From assembly GCF_009914755.1 (NCBI RefSeq), contig NC_060943.1: a stretch of DNA of 64,000 nt. One strand, written 5' to 3'. A program made the translations under genes and the position numbers. Under the pieces are notes generated by a model that ran no database searches, was not told the origin of the DNA, and worked only from the letters and a program-made list of their open reading frames with translations. The stretch is from the human T2T-CHM13v2.0 reference genome, Homo sapiens. Below are positions 1-23,542 of this stretch, piece after piece; within the stretch, counting starts at the first letter, position 1; every line of letters starts with the position of its first letter.

Positions 1-183
1 TTTAAAATTATTTTATTTTATTTTATTTTTTAATAGAGATGGGGTCTCACTATGTTGTCCAGCCTTGTCTCAAACTCCCAGCCTCAAGCAATCCTCCCAC
101 CTCAGCCTCGTAAAGTGCTGATTGCAGGCATGAGCCACTGTGCCCAGCCCTAGGATGATTTTTATTTTTTAAATTTTTTTTGA

Positions 184-467
<284 letters not shown>

Positions 468-1345
468 TGATTTTTCTTTTTTTTTTAAGGCGGAGTCTCA
501 CTCTGACGCCCAGGCTGGAGTGCAGTGGCGCATCTCTGCTCACTGCAAGCTCCGCCTCCTGGGTTCAAGCCATTCTCCTGCCTCAGCCTCCCGAGTAGCT
601 GGGACTACAGGCATTTGCCACTATGCCCGGCTAATATTTTGTATTTTTAGTAGAGATGGGGTTTCACCAAGTTAGCCAGAATGGTCTCGATTTCCTGACC
701 TCATGATCTGCCCGCCTTGGCCTCCCAGAGTGCTGGGATTACATGCGTGAGCCACCGCGCCCAGCTGAATGTAGCTAATTTTTAAATAATCAGGAGACAC
801 CTTGTGCTACAGATGTACGTTGTTTCCTTTTACCCTATACCTTTGAGGCCGGTACTTAAACATCAGCCGGATCCTAATCCAGGAGAGGTCAGTTCACCAG
901 TAAGTCCGTACTCCAGGGCAGGCCAGGCCAGGCCAGGCCAAGCTTCTGTTGGTTGAATGCAAAGCATGGTGAGGTGTGTGAATTCACTTCAGTCTCCTAT
1001 GGGAGGGGCCCTCTTGGTGGCCCTGGATGGGCAGGGTCAAGGTGAAAACCCAGGGATTGGTTTCACAAGGTTGAACAAGCGGCTCCGTCCTGGGCAGGCT
1101 CCATGCTTCTCCCCGAAAGAAGGCACCATAGCCACCATTAAGCAGTGGGCAGGTTGTTGCCTCTGACTCTGGCCTGGAGACAAGTCAGTTCAGTCCATGT
1201 GAATTCTAGTATCAGTTTGTCAGTTTGCACACACATGCACATGCACAAATATACAAACACACACCTTTTGGCATAGAATTGGGATTGACTTGAATCTATA
1301 AATCAGTTTATAAGATGATATCTTTACAATATTGAACCTTCCAAT

Positions 1346-2400
<1,055 letters not shown>

Positions 2401-3177
2401 AATCCATGAACATGGTATTCTCTTCATTTAGGTCTTTAAGAAATTTATCTCAATAATGTTTTGTAGTTTACAGAATAGATATCTTGCATGTAAATTCAGT
2501 TTATTCCTATGTATTAGATATTTTGATACTATTTTGATGGCAACATTTCAAATTTCATTTTCTATTTGTTTGTTGCTGGTACTGATGATAGGAATAAACT
2601 GATTTCCGTACCTTATATGCAGTGATCTTGATAAATTATTACTTTTTTTTTTTTTTTTTTTTGAGATAAGGTCTCATTCTGTCACCCAGGCTGGAGTGCA
2701 GTGGTGCAATCATAGCTTACTGCAGCCTCAAGTGATCCACCTACTTCAGCCTCCTGAGTAGCTGGGACTGCAGGGACACAACACCATGCCTGGCTAATTT
2801 TTGTAATTTTCTGTAAAGACAGGGTTTCGCCATGTTGTTCAGGCTGGTCTCGAACTCCTGGGCTCAAGCGATCCAACTGCCTTGACCTCCCAAAGTGCTG
2901 GGATTACAGGCATGAACCGCCATGCCCAGCCTAATTAGTTCTTATTCTTCTTAGTCATATAATTTGTTTATAAATTATTTTAATTGTACATATACACTTT
3001 AATTGTTTGAACATAATAACTGTTTTTTTCTTTTCTTTTTTTTTTTTTTTTTTAAGAGTTGAGGTCTCACCCTGTCACCCAGGCTGGAGTGCAATAGCAC
3101 AATTATAGCTCACTATAGCCTTGATCTCCTGAGCTCAAGAGATTCTCTCACCTCAGCCTCCTGAGTAGCTGGGACTA

Positions 3178-3384
<207 letters not shown>

Positions 3385-3404
3385 TCAGCTACTCAGGAGG
3401 CTTA

Positions 3405-3671
<267 letters not shown>

Positions 3672-3837
3672 TTAGCCAGGCATGGTGACGGGTGCCTATA
3701 ATCCCAGCTACTAGGGAGGCTGAGGCAGGATAATTGCTTGAACTTTGGAGGCAGAGGTTGCAGTAAGTCAAGATCGTGCCACTGCACTCCACTCTTGGCG
3801 ACAAGAGTGAAACTCTGTCTCAAAAAAAAAAAAAAAA

Positions 3838-7310
<3,473 letters not shown>

Positions 7311-7328
7311 GCCAGGCGCAGTGGCTCA

Positions 7329-8146
<818 letters not shown>

Positions 8147-8964
8147 TCATGAATCATAGGCAGGATGGGTGGGGGTTCACAGTCTCTATGCTGGGCCCAA
8201 GTGGATCCCACCAAACTCAGGACCTCAGGAATGAATGTCTGTACTTCTGAGGTTTTTGATTTTCCAGCATCTAAACCCCTCTGTTGCATTGGGGAAGCGC
8301 CATTGCTGTTAGTCTGAGTCAGGAACAGCCTGCAACAGAAACTGGAGAAACCCATGGCTTCCCCATATGGGGACTGTTCTCCCACAACCAGAAGGCTGCC
8401 ATACAATGTCACTGGGAACCCAGGCTCCTTCTCGTTCAATCCCTACCCTCCTCATTATGGGGCTTTTAGCCACATGCCCAAAAGATGCCTGCTGCCCCTC
8501 GGCATCACAGCCTCCTTCTACACAGGAGGTGAGGGCAGGGGGTGTCAGAGGAAGTGTGTGTCTAATCTGTCACTTTTTATGGAAAAGCCACTAGATTTTA
8601 CAGAGCCCCCATGCCACATAGCCATCCTGTACTATAGGGGGGTCTGGGAGGTCCATTGTTCTTGACTGGATACAGAGTCACCCCTCATTTAATTGGGGCC
8701 TGGTGTAGCGGCTCAGGCTTGTAATCCCAGCACTTTGGGAGGCTGAGGCAGGAGGATCATCTAAGTCCAGAAGTTTGAGACTAGCCTGGGCAACACAGGG
8801 AGACCTGGTCTCTACTAAAAAATAAAACAAAATAAATAAGAGAAATTTTTTTTTGGAGAAAGAGTCTCAGTCTGTTAGCCAGGCTGGAGTGCAGTGGTGC
8901 AATGATGGCTCATTGCAGCCTCGACCTCCTGGGCTCAAGCAAACCTCCTGCCTCAGCCTCCTGA

Positions 8965-9183
<219 letters not shown>

Positions 9184-9578
9184 TAGGATCCATGTTAGGG
9201 TGTGGAGTAGGTCCACGGCAGTGGTAGGGGGTGGTACCCATGGTGCTGACAGCCCTCTGACCTTGGAGTCCCTGAGTGCTTCATGCTCGCTGCAACCCAA
9301 CAGACAGGCTCCTTGCTGGGAAGTGGCTGCCCAGCCAGGGACTATAGTTAGGTGCAGTTAGGTGTGGTCAGGGCACCGAGTTCTAGGAAAAATAAGCCAG
9401 CCAAGTGAAGCCGGCTACTTCCAGCCCTGGTCCATATGAGCCATGCTGTGGTCCTCATGAAGACCACCCCAGGGTGACCTTGAAATAAACACACTGAAGA
9501 TGGCAGAGCTGCAACAGCCTGAGTCCCTGAATGACTGTGTGGAGGAGGGCTGCCCTGCCAACCTGTTCCCGGCTAGTA

Positions 9579-9923
9579 CAGCCGTGCACTGCTTAATGAC
9601 AGGGACACATTCTGAGAAATGCATTGTTTGGTGATTTTGTCATTGTGCAAACATCACAGAGTGGGCTTACACGAACCTAGATAGTGTGGCCTGCTACACA
9701 CCTAGGCTATGTGGTAGAGCTTTCTGCTCCTAGGCTATAAACCTAAACAGCATGTGACTGTACTGAAAATTGCAGGAGTTGTAACACAATGGTAAGTACT
9801 TGCGTGTCTAGACACATCCAAACATAGAAACGGTACAGTAAAAATACGGTGGTATCATTTTATGAGACCACTGTTGTATATGCGGTTTGTTGTGGACAGA
9901 AACCTCATTATGTGGTACAGTAC
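9579..9923 (-). mobile_element. Tigger3a-like non-autonomous DNA transposon, inside an MLT1 LTR remnant
   Basis: Preceded by TA. Matches the Tigger3a body (ttctgagaaatgc, ctacacacctaggcta, ggtacagtaaaaatacgg). Confidence 0.8.
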
Positions 9924-9992
9924 TTCACTGTTTTTTTGTTTTTTTTTTTTTTTTTTTTTTTGAGACGGAGTCTCGCTCTGTCGCCAGGCTAG

Positions 9993-10543
<551 letters not shown>

Positions 10544-10567
10544 TAAGTGCTGGGATTACAGGCATGA

Positions 10568-10753
<186 letters not shown>

Positions 10754-11960
10754 TAATTTTTGCATTTTTAGTAGAGATGGAGTTTCACCACGTTGGTCAG
10801 GCTAGTCTCGAACTCCTGACCTCAAGTGATCTGCCCACCTTGGCCTCCCAAAGTACTGGGATTACAGGCGTGAGCCACTGCGCCCAGCTGTATTTTAATT
10901 TTTATAATTTATTTTTATTTGTAGAAGAGGAGTCTTGCTATGTTGCCCAGGCTGTTCTCTAACTCCTGAGCTCAAGCAATCCTCCCGCCTCAGCCTCCCA
11001 AAGTGCTGGGATTACAGGTGTGAACACTGCAACTGGCCAACGTTACTATTTTAGGAGCAAGAAGTAAACTCGTTCACTCAATATCATTACACATATGGGG
11101 TCTCTGTTACAGCATCGGCATCTCTAACTGTAAACCTCTCAAGGTTCCTGCTGGTTTTCTTAGCCTCCAGTGAGCTACCTGATATCCTTCCAGTAAGTTC
11201 TTTTTCTGCTTCAGTTAGCCCAGGAAGGTTCCTGTTGCTGGCAATGCAGAGTCATTTTGCAACCGTTCACTCTGTGCTAAGCAACTTCCTAAGTGTTTTG
11301 CATGTATTAATTGATTCACTTTCATAATAAACTTACAAAGGAAGTTCTGTTATCAGGCACAAGATACCCAGTGACTTGCCCAAGCTCATCCAACTGGTAT
11401 GAGGCAGAGCTAGGGATTGATTCCAGGCATTTTGGGATCTGAGCCCATGCCCTTCCCATGATGCTTCACTGCTCTCGAGACAAATGATCTAAGCCTAAAA
11501 AGACTGCAAGCTACATGCACGTTCATAGCAGCCCTATTCATAGCCACCACGCGGAGGAAACAACCCCAACGTTCAACAGATGTATGAATAAACAAATTGT
11601 GGTCTAGCCTCACAATGGACTATTATTCAGCCATAAAAAGGGATGATGGGGGCGGGGCACGGTGGCTCACGCCTGTAATCCCAGCACTTTGGGACGGCAA
11701 GGCAGGCAGATCACCTGAGGTCGGGAGTTCGAGACCAGCCTGGCCAACACGATGAAACCCCGTCTCTACTAAAAATACAAAATTCGGCTGGGCACAGTGG
11801 CTCACGCCTGTAATCCCAGCACTTTGGGAGGCCGAGGCAGGTGGATCACCTGAGGTCGGGAGTTCGAGACCAGCCTGACCAACATGGAGAAACCTTGTCT
11901 CCACCAAAAACACAAAATTAGCCGGGCGTGGTGGCACACACCTGTGATCCCAGCTACTCA

Positions 11961-12254
<294 letters not shown>

Positions 12255-12553
12255 TCAAAAAAACAAAAACAAAAACAAAAAACAAAAATTAGCCAGGCAT
12301 GGTGGCAGGTGCCTGGAATCCCAGCTACTCAGGAGGCTGAGGCAGGAGAATCACTTGAACCCGGGAGGCAGAGGTTGTAGGGAGCCGAAATGGCGCCACT
12401 GCACTCCAGCCTGGGCGACAGAGCAAGACACCGTCTCAAAAAAAAAAAAAACAAAAAAACAAAAAATAGGAAATCAAGACAAGGCAGGATAGGCCTCTAC
12501 TTCAAAACAGAGAAAAAAGGGGCTGGATGTGGTGGCTCACACCTGTAATCCTA

Positions 12554-12938
<385 letters not shown>

Positions 12939-12956
12939 TTATACAGGTTTGTATAA

Positions 12957-13205
<249 letters not shown>

Positions 13206-13566
13206 TGAACTCCTGAGATTAAGCAATCCTCCCACCTCGGCCTCCCTAAATGCTGGGATTACAGGTGTGACAGGCCATGCTTTTCTTTAAGAAATAAAAT
13301 AACGGAGAATAAAAAGTAACGAAGTTGCCCATCACACATAAGAACAATTATTATTCAGAGAAACTTGTTCTAACAAGACATATAATACATAATGTATGAT
13401 ATTAACATATCATCCAATGTGTTATGGAACACACTTAATGGGTTTCATATGTTTATAATATATATTAAGTATATAGAATGCATATATATCTGTAGTTATT
13501 CTTCATGAAATGGAATACAATAAAATAGGAAATATTAAACCGGGCTGCAAATATTAAGGGTAATTA

Positions 13567-13572
13567 TTTAAT
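13567..13572 (-). terminator. OPA3: Candidate distal OPA3 polyadenylation signal ATTAAA
   Basis: Plus-strand tttaat = ATTAAA on minus, with AT/U-rich sequence downstream on the minus strand. Confidence 0.4.
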
Positions 13573-13721
13573 GAAACTTTCATTCCAATGATATGTACAT
13601 AAGCACATACACTACATATAATAGATGATGTTATGTTACACATGACATAAAATATATATTTTATATTCCATTATATATTGTGTCACATAATATATGAATT
13701 ATACACTTTTAAAATACATAG

Positions 13722-14293
<572 letters not shown>

Positions 14294-14537
14294 TGAGATC
14301 TGCGCGCAGTGGGGGTTACTGCTGAGCACTGGGGTCATTTCCTATGGGGAAGGAGGGAGGGAGGGAGGACTCCACAGAGGGGGAAGCTGAAGCCAGATGT
14401 GGTGGAAGCAGAGGCCTGAGTGATCCTGTTGGGGCTCCAGAGCTGGGATGACCTCCACAGTTGTGCCAATCAAGGCAAGGGGCAGCCTTTGCTTGCCTGG
14501 CCCCCTCACCTAACTTCTCCCCTCGCTTACTCTATTC

Positions 14538-14750
14538 CAGGGGATGGTAAACTTTTTCTGTAAAGGGCCAGAGAGTACGAGAGCCCTAGGATCTCTGTGC
14601 AAATACTCAGCTCTGTCACTGTACTGCAAAAGCAACTGTGGAAAATATGCAAACGAATGAGCGCCTGGGTTCCAATAAGTCTTTATTTACAAAGACAGGA
14701 AGCAAGGGTCCCCTTGATTTGGCCCAAAGGCCTTGGTCAGCGAGCCTCTG
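14538..14750. mobile_element. MER58A-like hAT MITE in the putative OPA3 3'UTR
   Basis: caggg..aaactttttctgtaaagggccag start; ccaataa..ctttatttacaaa internal; gatttggccc end. Confidence 0.7.
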
Positions 14751-14969
14751 CTCTATTCTGACAGCCAGAAACTCTTGCTGTTCCAGGAACAGGCCAAGGC
14801 CACATCTGTCCTAGGACTTTCACAGATACTCACAGCCCTCTTCCTATCTCCCTCCATCTGAAGCGCTGCCTCCTCCCTGCCCACCTGTCTAGATCAGCGG
14901 TGCCCGTAAGTCCGGAACTCCTACCCTGCCTCCATTCCTCTCAGTCCTCATCACCCTATGCTGGATTAG

Positions 14970-15134
<165 letters not shown>

Positions 15135-15904
15135 TAATTTTGTATTTTTAGTAGAGATGGGGTTTCTCCATGTCGGTCAGGCTGGTCTCGAACTCCCGAC
15201 CTCAGGGGATTGGCCCGCCTCGGCCTCCCAAAGTGCTGAGATTACAGGTGTGAGCCACCACGCCTGGCCACTCTTTCCTTCTTTATTGCCGGTCTCTGGC
15301 ACTAGAATGTCAGCTCCAGTGAGGGCCTCTGCTTGCTCCCAACTGGCTCCCAGCTACTAGAATGGAGCCTGGTGCAGTTGATCCTCAGTACACTCAGAGT
15401 TGCCATGCTTCTCCTCTCTCTGTCCACACCGACTCCAGCTACAAGCCATTGCCACTGGGGGACCCAAGCCTGCCACTCAGCAACACAGCGACCAGCCCAG
15501 GAGTAGCTCCGTGAGCCAATAGATCAGGTTGGGGCTTATGTAAAGCCCATTTTCTCCTGGGGTGGCTCTCAGCCATTTTGCCTCCCTCCAGGCAATGGCC
15601 TGCCCTACAGAGAAACCAACAAGAGGGACAGCAGGGCCTGCCAGGAGATGGGAGGGGCACAGCCCTCAGGGCACCTCCCAGGGTTTTGTGAGCTGGGATG
15701 AATGGGTTTATAGTCCTGAGTCACTCCAGAGGGAGGATTCCGGATTCAGCCCAGCCCCTGCTTCCTAAACAACTATGGGGTGGGGCAGGGAACACTGGAA
15801 AAGAAATGTACGTGTGAGCATCTGTAAGACCCGGTGACGGCAGGGCTGGGGCTGTCTCTGTCACCACTGTGACCCCAGCATAGGGTGGGGCAGAGAGTGG
15901 GTAA

Positions 15905-16010
15905 CTCAGTGAGTTTTGTGTTTTATTTTATTTATTTTTTTTTTTGCGGGAGACGCCCTACCAAGGACACTGGGTCCATGTCCCGGTGCGGGACCACCTC
16001 AGTGAGTTTT
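15905..16010 (-). mobile_element. TSD-flanked micro-retroinsertion: 52-nt unique body plus A-tail, in an L2 3' end
   Basis: Direct repeats ctcagtgagtttt at 15905-15917 and 15998-16010. Poly(T) (A-tail on minus) at 15918-15945. Body at 15946-15997. Confidence 0.8.
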
Positions 16011-16060
16011 TTGAGTGAAAGAATAAATAAAGGATATTTTTCCTAAGGTTGACATGGACC

Positions 16061-16099
<39 letters not shown>

Positions 16100-16106
16100 G
16101 AGATGA

Positions 16107-16286
<180 letters not shown>

Positions 16287-16628
16287 TGATCAGGTTGGTC
16301 TTGAACTCCTGACCTCAGGTGATCCACCCACCCTGGCCTCCCAAAGTGCTAGGATTACAGGTGTGAGCCACTGCGCCCAGTCCCAAGGACTTTTTAAATA
16401 TGAAAAAAGAATGCATCAACTTGAAGATAATCAGCTTCATTTACAAATTTATTCTAACCCCTCTCCCCAAATTGCAAGGTACACAGAATTCTAGCTAGCA
16501 GAACACACGAGCAGTGAACCATCCTCTGGCCTCTTGCATTTTGAGAGGACGTTCTTTCCACTTCCACACACTCTGGCCACCCCTGACGCCGCAGTGGGGG
16601 AAGTAGATGGCCCTGCTGCCCACGATGA

Positions 16629-17528
<900 letters not shown>

Positions 17529-18075
17529 TTACCTCTTTAGAGAAGGGAGGTGAGGATGGAAGTCGGGGAAAGCCCGGCCCTCCCACTTTCACCTGCAGCT
17601 TCCCAAAAGCGGGCCCAGGTGGAATGGTCACCCAGTTTACACAATGCTATGATCTCTGGTGTGATCTGGGGCTGCTGCTCTGAGAGGGGATAGAGAGGGT
17701 CTCCCACTATCAACGCCACCTCTGGGATGGTCTGGGCCTCTGTGTAGAGATCGTCACCCTCCCAGCCTCTGCTCAGCCATCGCCTCTCCCTCCTCACTCT
17801 GCAGCTGGGGTAATCCAAGCCTCTCACTCTGCCCCTACTACTTCACCACCCTGGGCAGTCAGCCCCTCACTGGCTGTGGCATCTCTGGCAAGTCCCTTTG
17901 CTTACCCCTGGCCTTAGTTTCCCCAGCTCATAGGGTGACTCTTGGGCCTCTCCCCATCAGAACCCTCCCAGTTTCCCTCCTGATTTTAATAAGCTCTGTA
18001 CCCATTGTGGAGATCCACATGGTGGTTCAGGTACAGCCTCAGGATGCCTTCATCACCTTGCAGCTCCTCTAATGA

Positions 18076-18522
<447 letters not shown>

Positions 18523-18569
18523 TGAGCCACTGCACCTGGACGCCAGCGTACTCTTGGGGTGAGGAGGAA

Positions 18570-18975
18570 TAGTGGGCTGAATGGCTTGAATGGTGTGCCC
18601 CCAACAGACAAGTCCACATACTAACCCCCAGGACCTGTGCTTATGACAGTTTATTTGGAAAAAGTGTTTTTTCAGATGTAATTAAGGGTCTTGAGGTGGG
18701 ATCATCCTGAACTTAAGATGGGCCCTAAATGCAATGACAGGTGTTCTTGTAAGAGACAAAATAGAAGAGGGAAAAGGCCATGTGAAGCTGCAGGCAGAGC
18801 CAAGGAAGGCCTGGAATCACCAGGAGCTGGAAGAGGGAGTGTGTCCCTGTCAGCACCTTGGTTTCAGACTTCTGGACTCCAGAACTGTGTGAATTAAATT
18901 CCTGTTGGACTTAAGCCATCAAGTTCACCACCCAATGGTGATCTGTTATGGCAGTCCAAGGAAATTAATCAAGCA
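18570..18975 (+). mobile_element. MLT1C/D-type MaLR LTR
   Basis: ttatttggaaaaagtg..cagatgtaattaag..atgacaggtgttcttgtaagaga..gacttctggactccagaactgtg. Confidence 0.75.
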
Positions 18976-19458
18976 GTTAAGGCCAACTGCTGGCCTAATT
19001 GGTAGGATGGGGGTGGGACCGGGGGCTATGGAGGCAGGAGGGTACTGCTACATGAAGACAGGCTGTCGGGTCAGTCCAGAGCTCCGAGGAAAGAAAGCAA
19101 GAGCACACAGATTAGGAGACACGGATGGAAGATGAAGGATGTGACAATTGAATCCATGGGCTTGGATTCGACTGGGTCCCTGAGAAATGCTACTGAGCAA
19201 GGTGGGGAAGGCAAGAAAGGACATGCCACACAGTACAAGCTCCAGGGACTCTGAGGACAGGAAAATAGGGGGCTGAGGCTGAAGGACAGGCTGGATTAGC
19301 CCTAGTTAGGATCAAATTTCCCACCACGGAAAGGGGGGTTGGAGGACATTCACAGAAAAGATCCTGTAGTGCCATTCCAGTGGGTTGTGCCATAGACTCA
19401 AGGATGAGGGGGTTCTGTTGGAATAGTCCACTTCGGGTCTCAAGGGAAGGTACAATGA

Positions 19459-19781
<323 letters not shown>

Positions 19782-19958
19782 TGAGCCACCGTGCCCAGCC
19801 AGGATTTTTTTTTTTTTTTGAGACACAGTCTTGCTCTGTCACCCGGGCTGGAATACAGTGGTACAATCTTGGCCTCCACCTCCCAAGTTCAAGCAATTCT
19901 CCTGCCTCAGCCTCCCAAGTAGCTAGGATTACAGGCACCCACCACCACGCCCGGTTAA

Positions 19959-20270
<312 letters not shown>

Positions 20271-20789
20271 TAAGAGAGCACTGATGCTCAGCTAGAGCTG
20301 ACCTTAGAAGGTGAGGGGGAGAAAAGGCCACTGCAACACACTGCATTTCCTTACAGTGGTCTGTGCCGATTGACAAAAAGAAGAAGGTGTTCCAGTGTAA
20401 CAGATGAGTGTCCCAGTAAAGGTTAACACTGATCAGGTAAACCGGGGGTGGGGGTAACAATAACACATTGATTCAGCTCAAGACCAGGTTCCATTTTTTC
20501 ATTTGCCAGAGTGCCCACGGTGTCCTGCTGGCTGGGACCTTGCAGGTCGTCCTGGTTTGGAGTGGGGGATAGGAGGTGAAGGATGATGGAGGGGGCTATG
20601 TTGCAACGCTTCACCTGCTGGTCCCAGTGGCAGGTAATGGCTGCTCTTATCAGCAGGGGTAACCAAATGCCAAGTTGCATCAAGATCCTGGTGGTTTCCA
20701 CTGGGCCAGCGCAGGCAAGGGTGGTGCGGGAAGAAGGCCACGTTAGGTACATAGGCCATGTCCAAATTCAGGTTCCATCCAGCAAGCTC

Positions 20790-21206
<417 letters not shown>

Positions 21207-22046
21207 TCAGGCTGCGCTCTGGGAGCCCCCTGCAAGCCCCACCCCTCTCACCCAGGGAATGCAGTCACCTAGCCTGGGTAACCCAGGGGTCTTTTAAAAG
21301 ACCAGATGATTCTAGCGAGCAGCCAGGAATAAGAAACACTGCCCCAGAAGGGAGGTCCTCGGACTTGAGGGGCCGCGCCCCAAGAGGGACACCAGGAGCT
21401 TCCACAGCGCCAAGTTCATGGACGGTGTAAAGGTCCAGTTGCCAGATGCTTAGTTCCCTGTGTTCCTCCCTTAAGCCACTGCCATCCTGGCTGTCCTGCC
21501 CTGGCACTGTCGCCCCACCCACTTCCCAGGAGAAAGACCAACCTCCTTTCTTGCCTTATTTTCCCAAAATGCAAAGTTGGGGCTACAGATGGGGGAGAGG
21601 GGGGCTCCTGGCTCCAAAGGGCAGCTTAAGGTGGCAGTCGATGCTAAGTGCCTCTGAACACTTAGATACACTTGTAATAATCAATCATTTTTGCAAGTCT
21701 GATGGCTCCAATCCTAGAATTTCATCAGCCCTGAAGGTGCAGCTAAGAGCTGCGAGCTCTTCACAGTGAGGTTTTGGGCACATACCTTGGTGGGAGCTCA
21801 AGAGGTGAGTGGTGCTGCTGGAACAAAAACTCCTTCCTTGCCTAGCTGCTTCTTTATGAAGGAAGGTTCTCAGCACTTGAGTCTTTAAAACCAATGCAGA
21901 ATTGATGCTGCATCCTGACTCACTCCTGCAACAATTAATATTCATCCAAGGGCACATGAAACCACAGAGGGAACCCTTGTGTGGTGCCTTTGCAGACTCA
22001 TTTGCAACATCTCCTTTTACTTTTAAGGTTTAGTAATTATTCATGA

Positions 22047-22246
<200 letters not shown>

Positions 22247-22591
22247 TAGTAGAGAAGGGGTTTCACCACGTTGGCCAGGCTGGTCTCGATCATCTGACCT
22301 CGTGATCCACCTGCGTTGGCCTCTCAAACTGCTGGGATTACAGCCATGAGCCACCATGTCCATCCAAAAGATGAACATTTTAAAGTAACTGCGCACTAAT
22401 AATTTCAAAATTAACTCAATCCAGAAGAAAATAACTTAGCATTTAGAACCTTATGGTCACAGGAAATTAACATGTAAATTTCTGTATGTATTTTGGTTGC
22501 CGACATATAAATCACTAGATGGAATTCTGTGGGTATGTGGACTGTAAATACAAAAGTACATGAACAAAAAGAAACCATGTGAAATTTCTGA

Positions 22592-22735
<144 letters not shown>

Positions 22736-22771
22736 TGAGTAACTGGGACTACAGGTATGCCTGGCTAATAT

Positions 22772-23062
22772 TTTTTTTTTTTTGAGATGGAGTCACACTC
22801 TGTCGCCCAGGCTGGAGTGCAGTGGCGCGATCTCGGCTCACTGCAAGCTCCGCCACCCGGGTTCACACCATTGTCCTGCCTCAGCCTCCTGAGTAGCTGG
22901 GACTACAGGCGCCCGCTACCACGCCCAGCTAATTTTTTTATATTTTTAGTAGAGATGGGGTTTCACCGTGTTAGCCAGGATGGTCTCGATCTCCTGACCT
23001 CGTGATCCACCCACCTCGGCCTCCCAAAGTGTTGGGATTACAGGCGTGAGCCACCGTGCCTA
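22772..23062 (-). mobile_element. AluY-type insertion nested in an older Alu
   Basis: AluY diagnostics gcaagctccgcc and ttcaccgtgttagccaggatggtctcgatctcc. Confidence 0.8.
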
Positions 23063-23407
23063 GTCATTTTTGTATTTTTTTTAAAATAGAGATGGGGTTT
23101 ATCAGTATGTTGCCTAGGCTGGTCTTGAACTCCTGGGCTCAAGTGATCTGGCTGCCTCGGCCTCCCAAAGTGCTGGGATTGCAATCGTGAGCCACTATGC
23201 CTGGCCTATATATATATATCTTTAAACCAGACATTGGTAGGCATCAAATCATTATTGTATGCGAACTGCAATAAATATGAAGGGAAGGATGCACCAGCTG
23301 TTTGAACATGTCAGTATCATAACACACCAGAACCAGAAATTCCATCCTTCACAACTACTTAAGGTTAATGAAGAAAAGTTGTACTTGTCAACTTGAAAAT
23401 GCACTAG

Positions 23408-23542
<135 letters not shown>

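Noticed and set aside
917-941. (GGCCA)n short repeat
   Set aside because: Ordinary microsatellite of 4-5 units.
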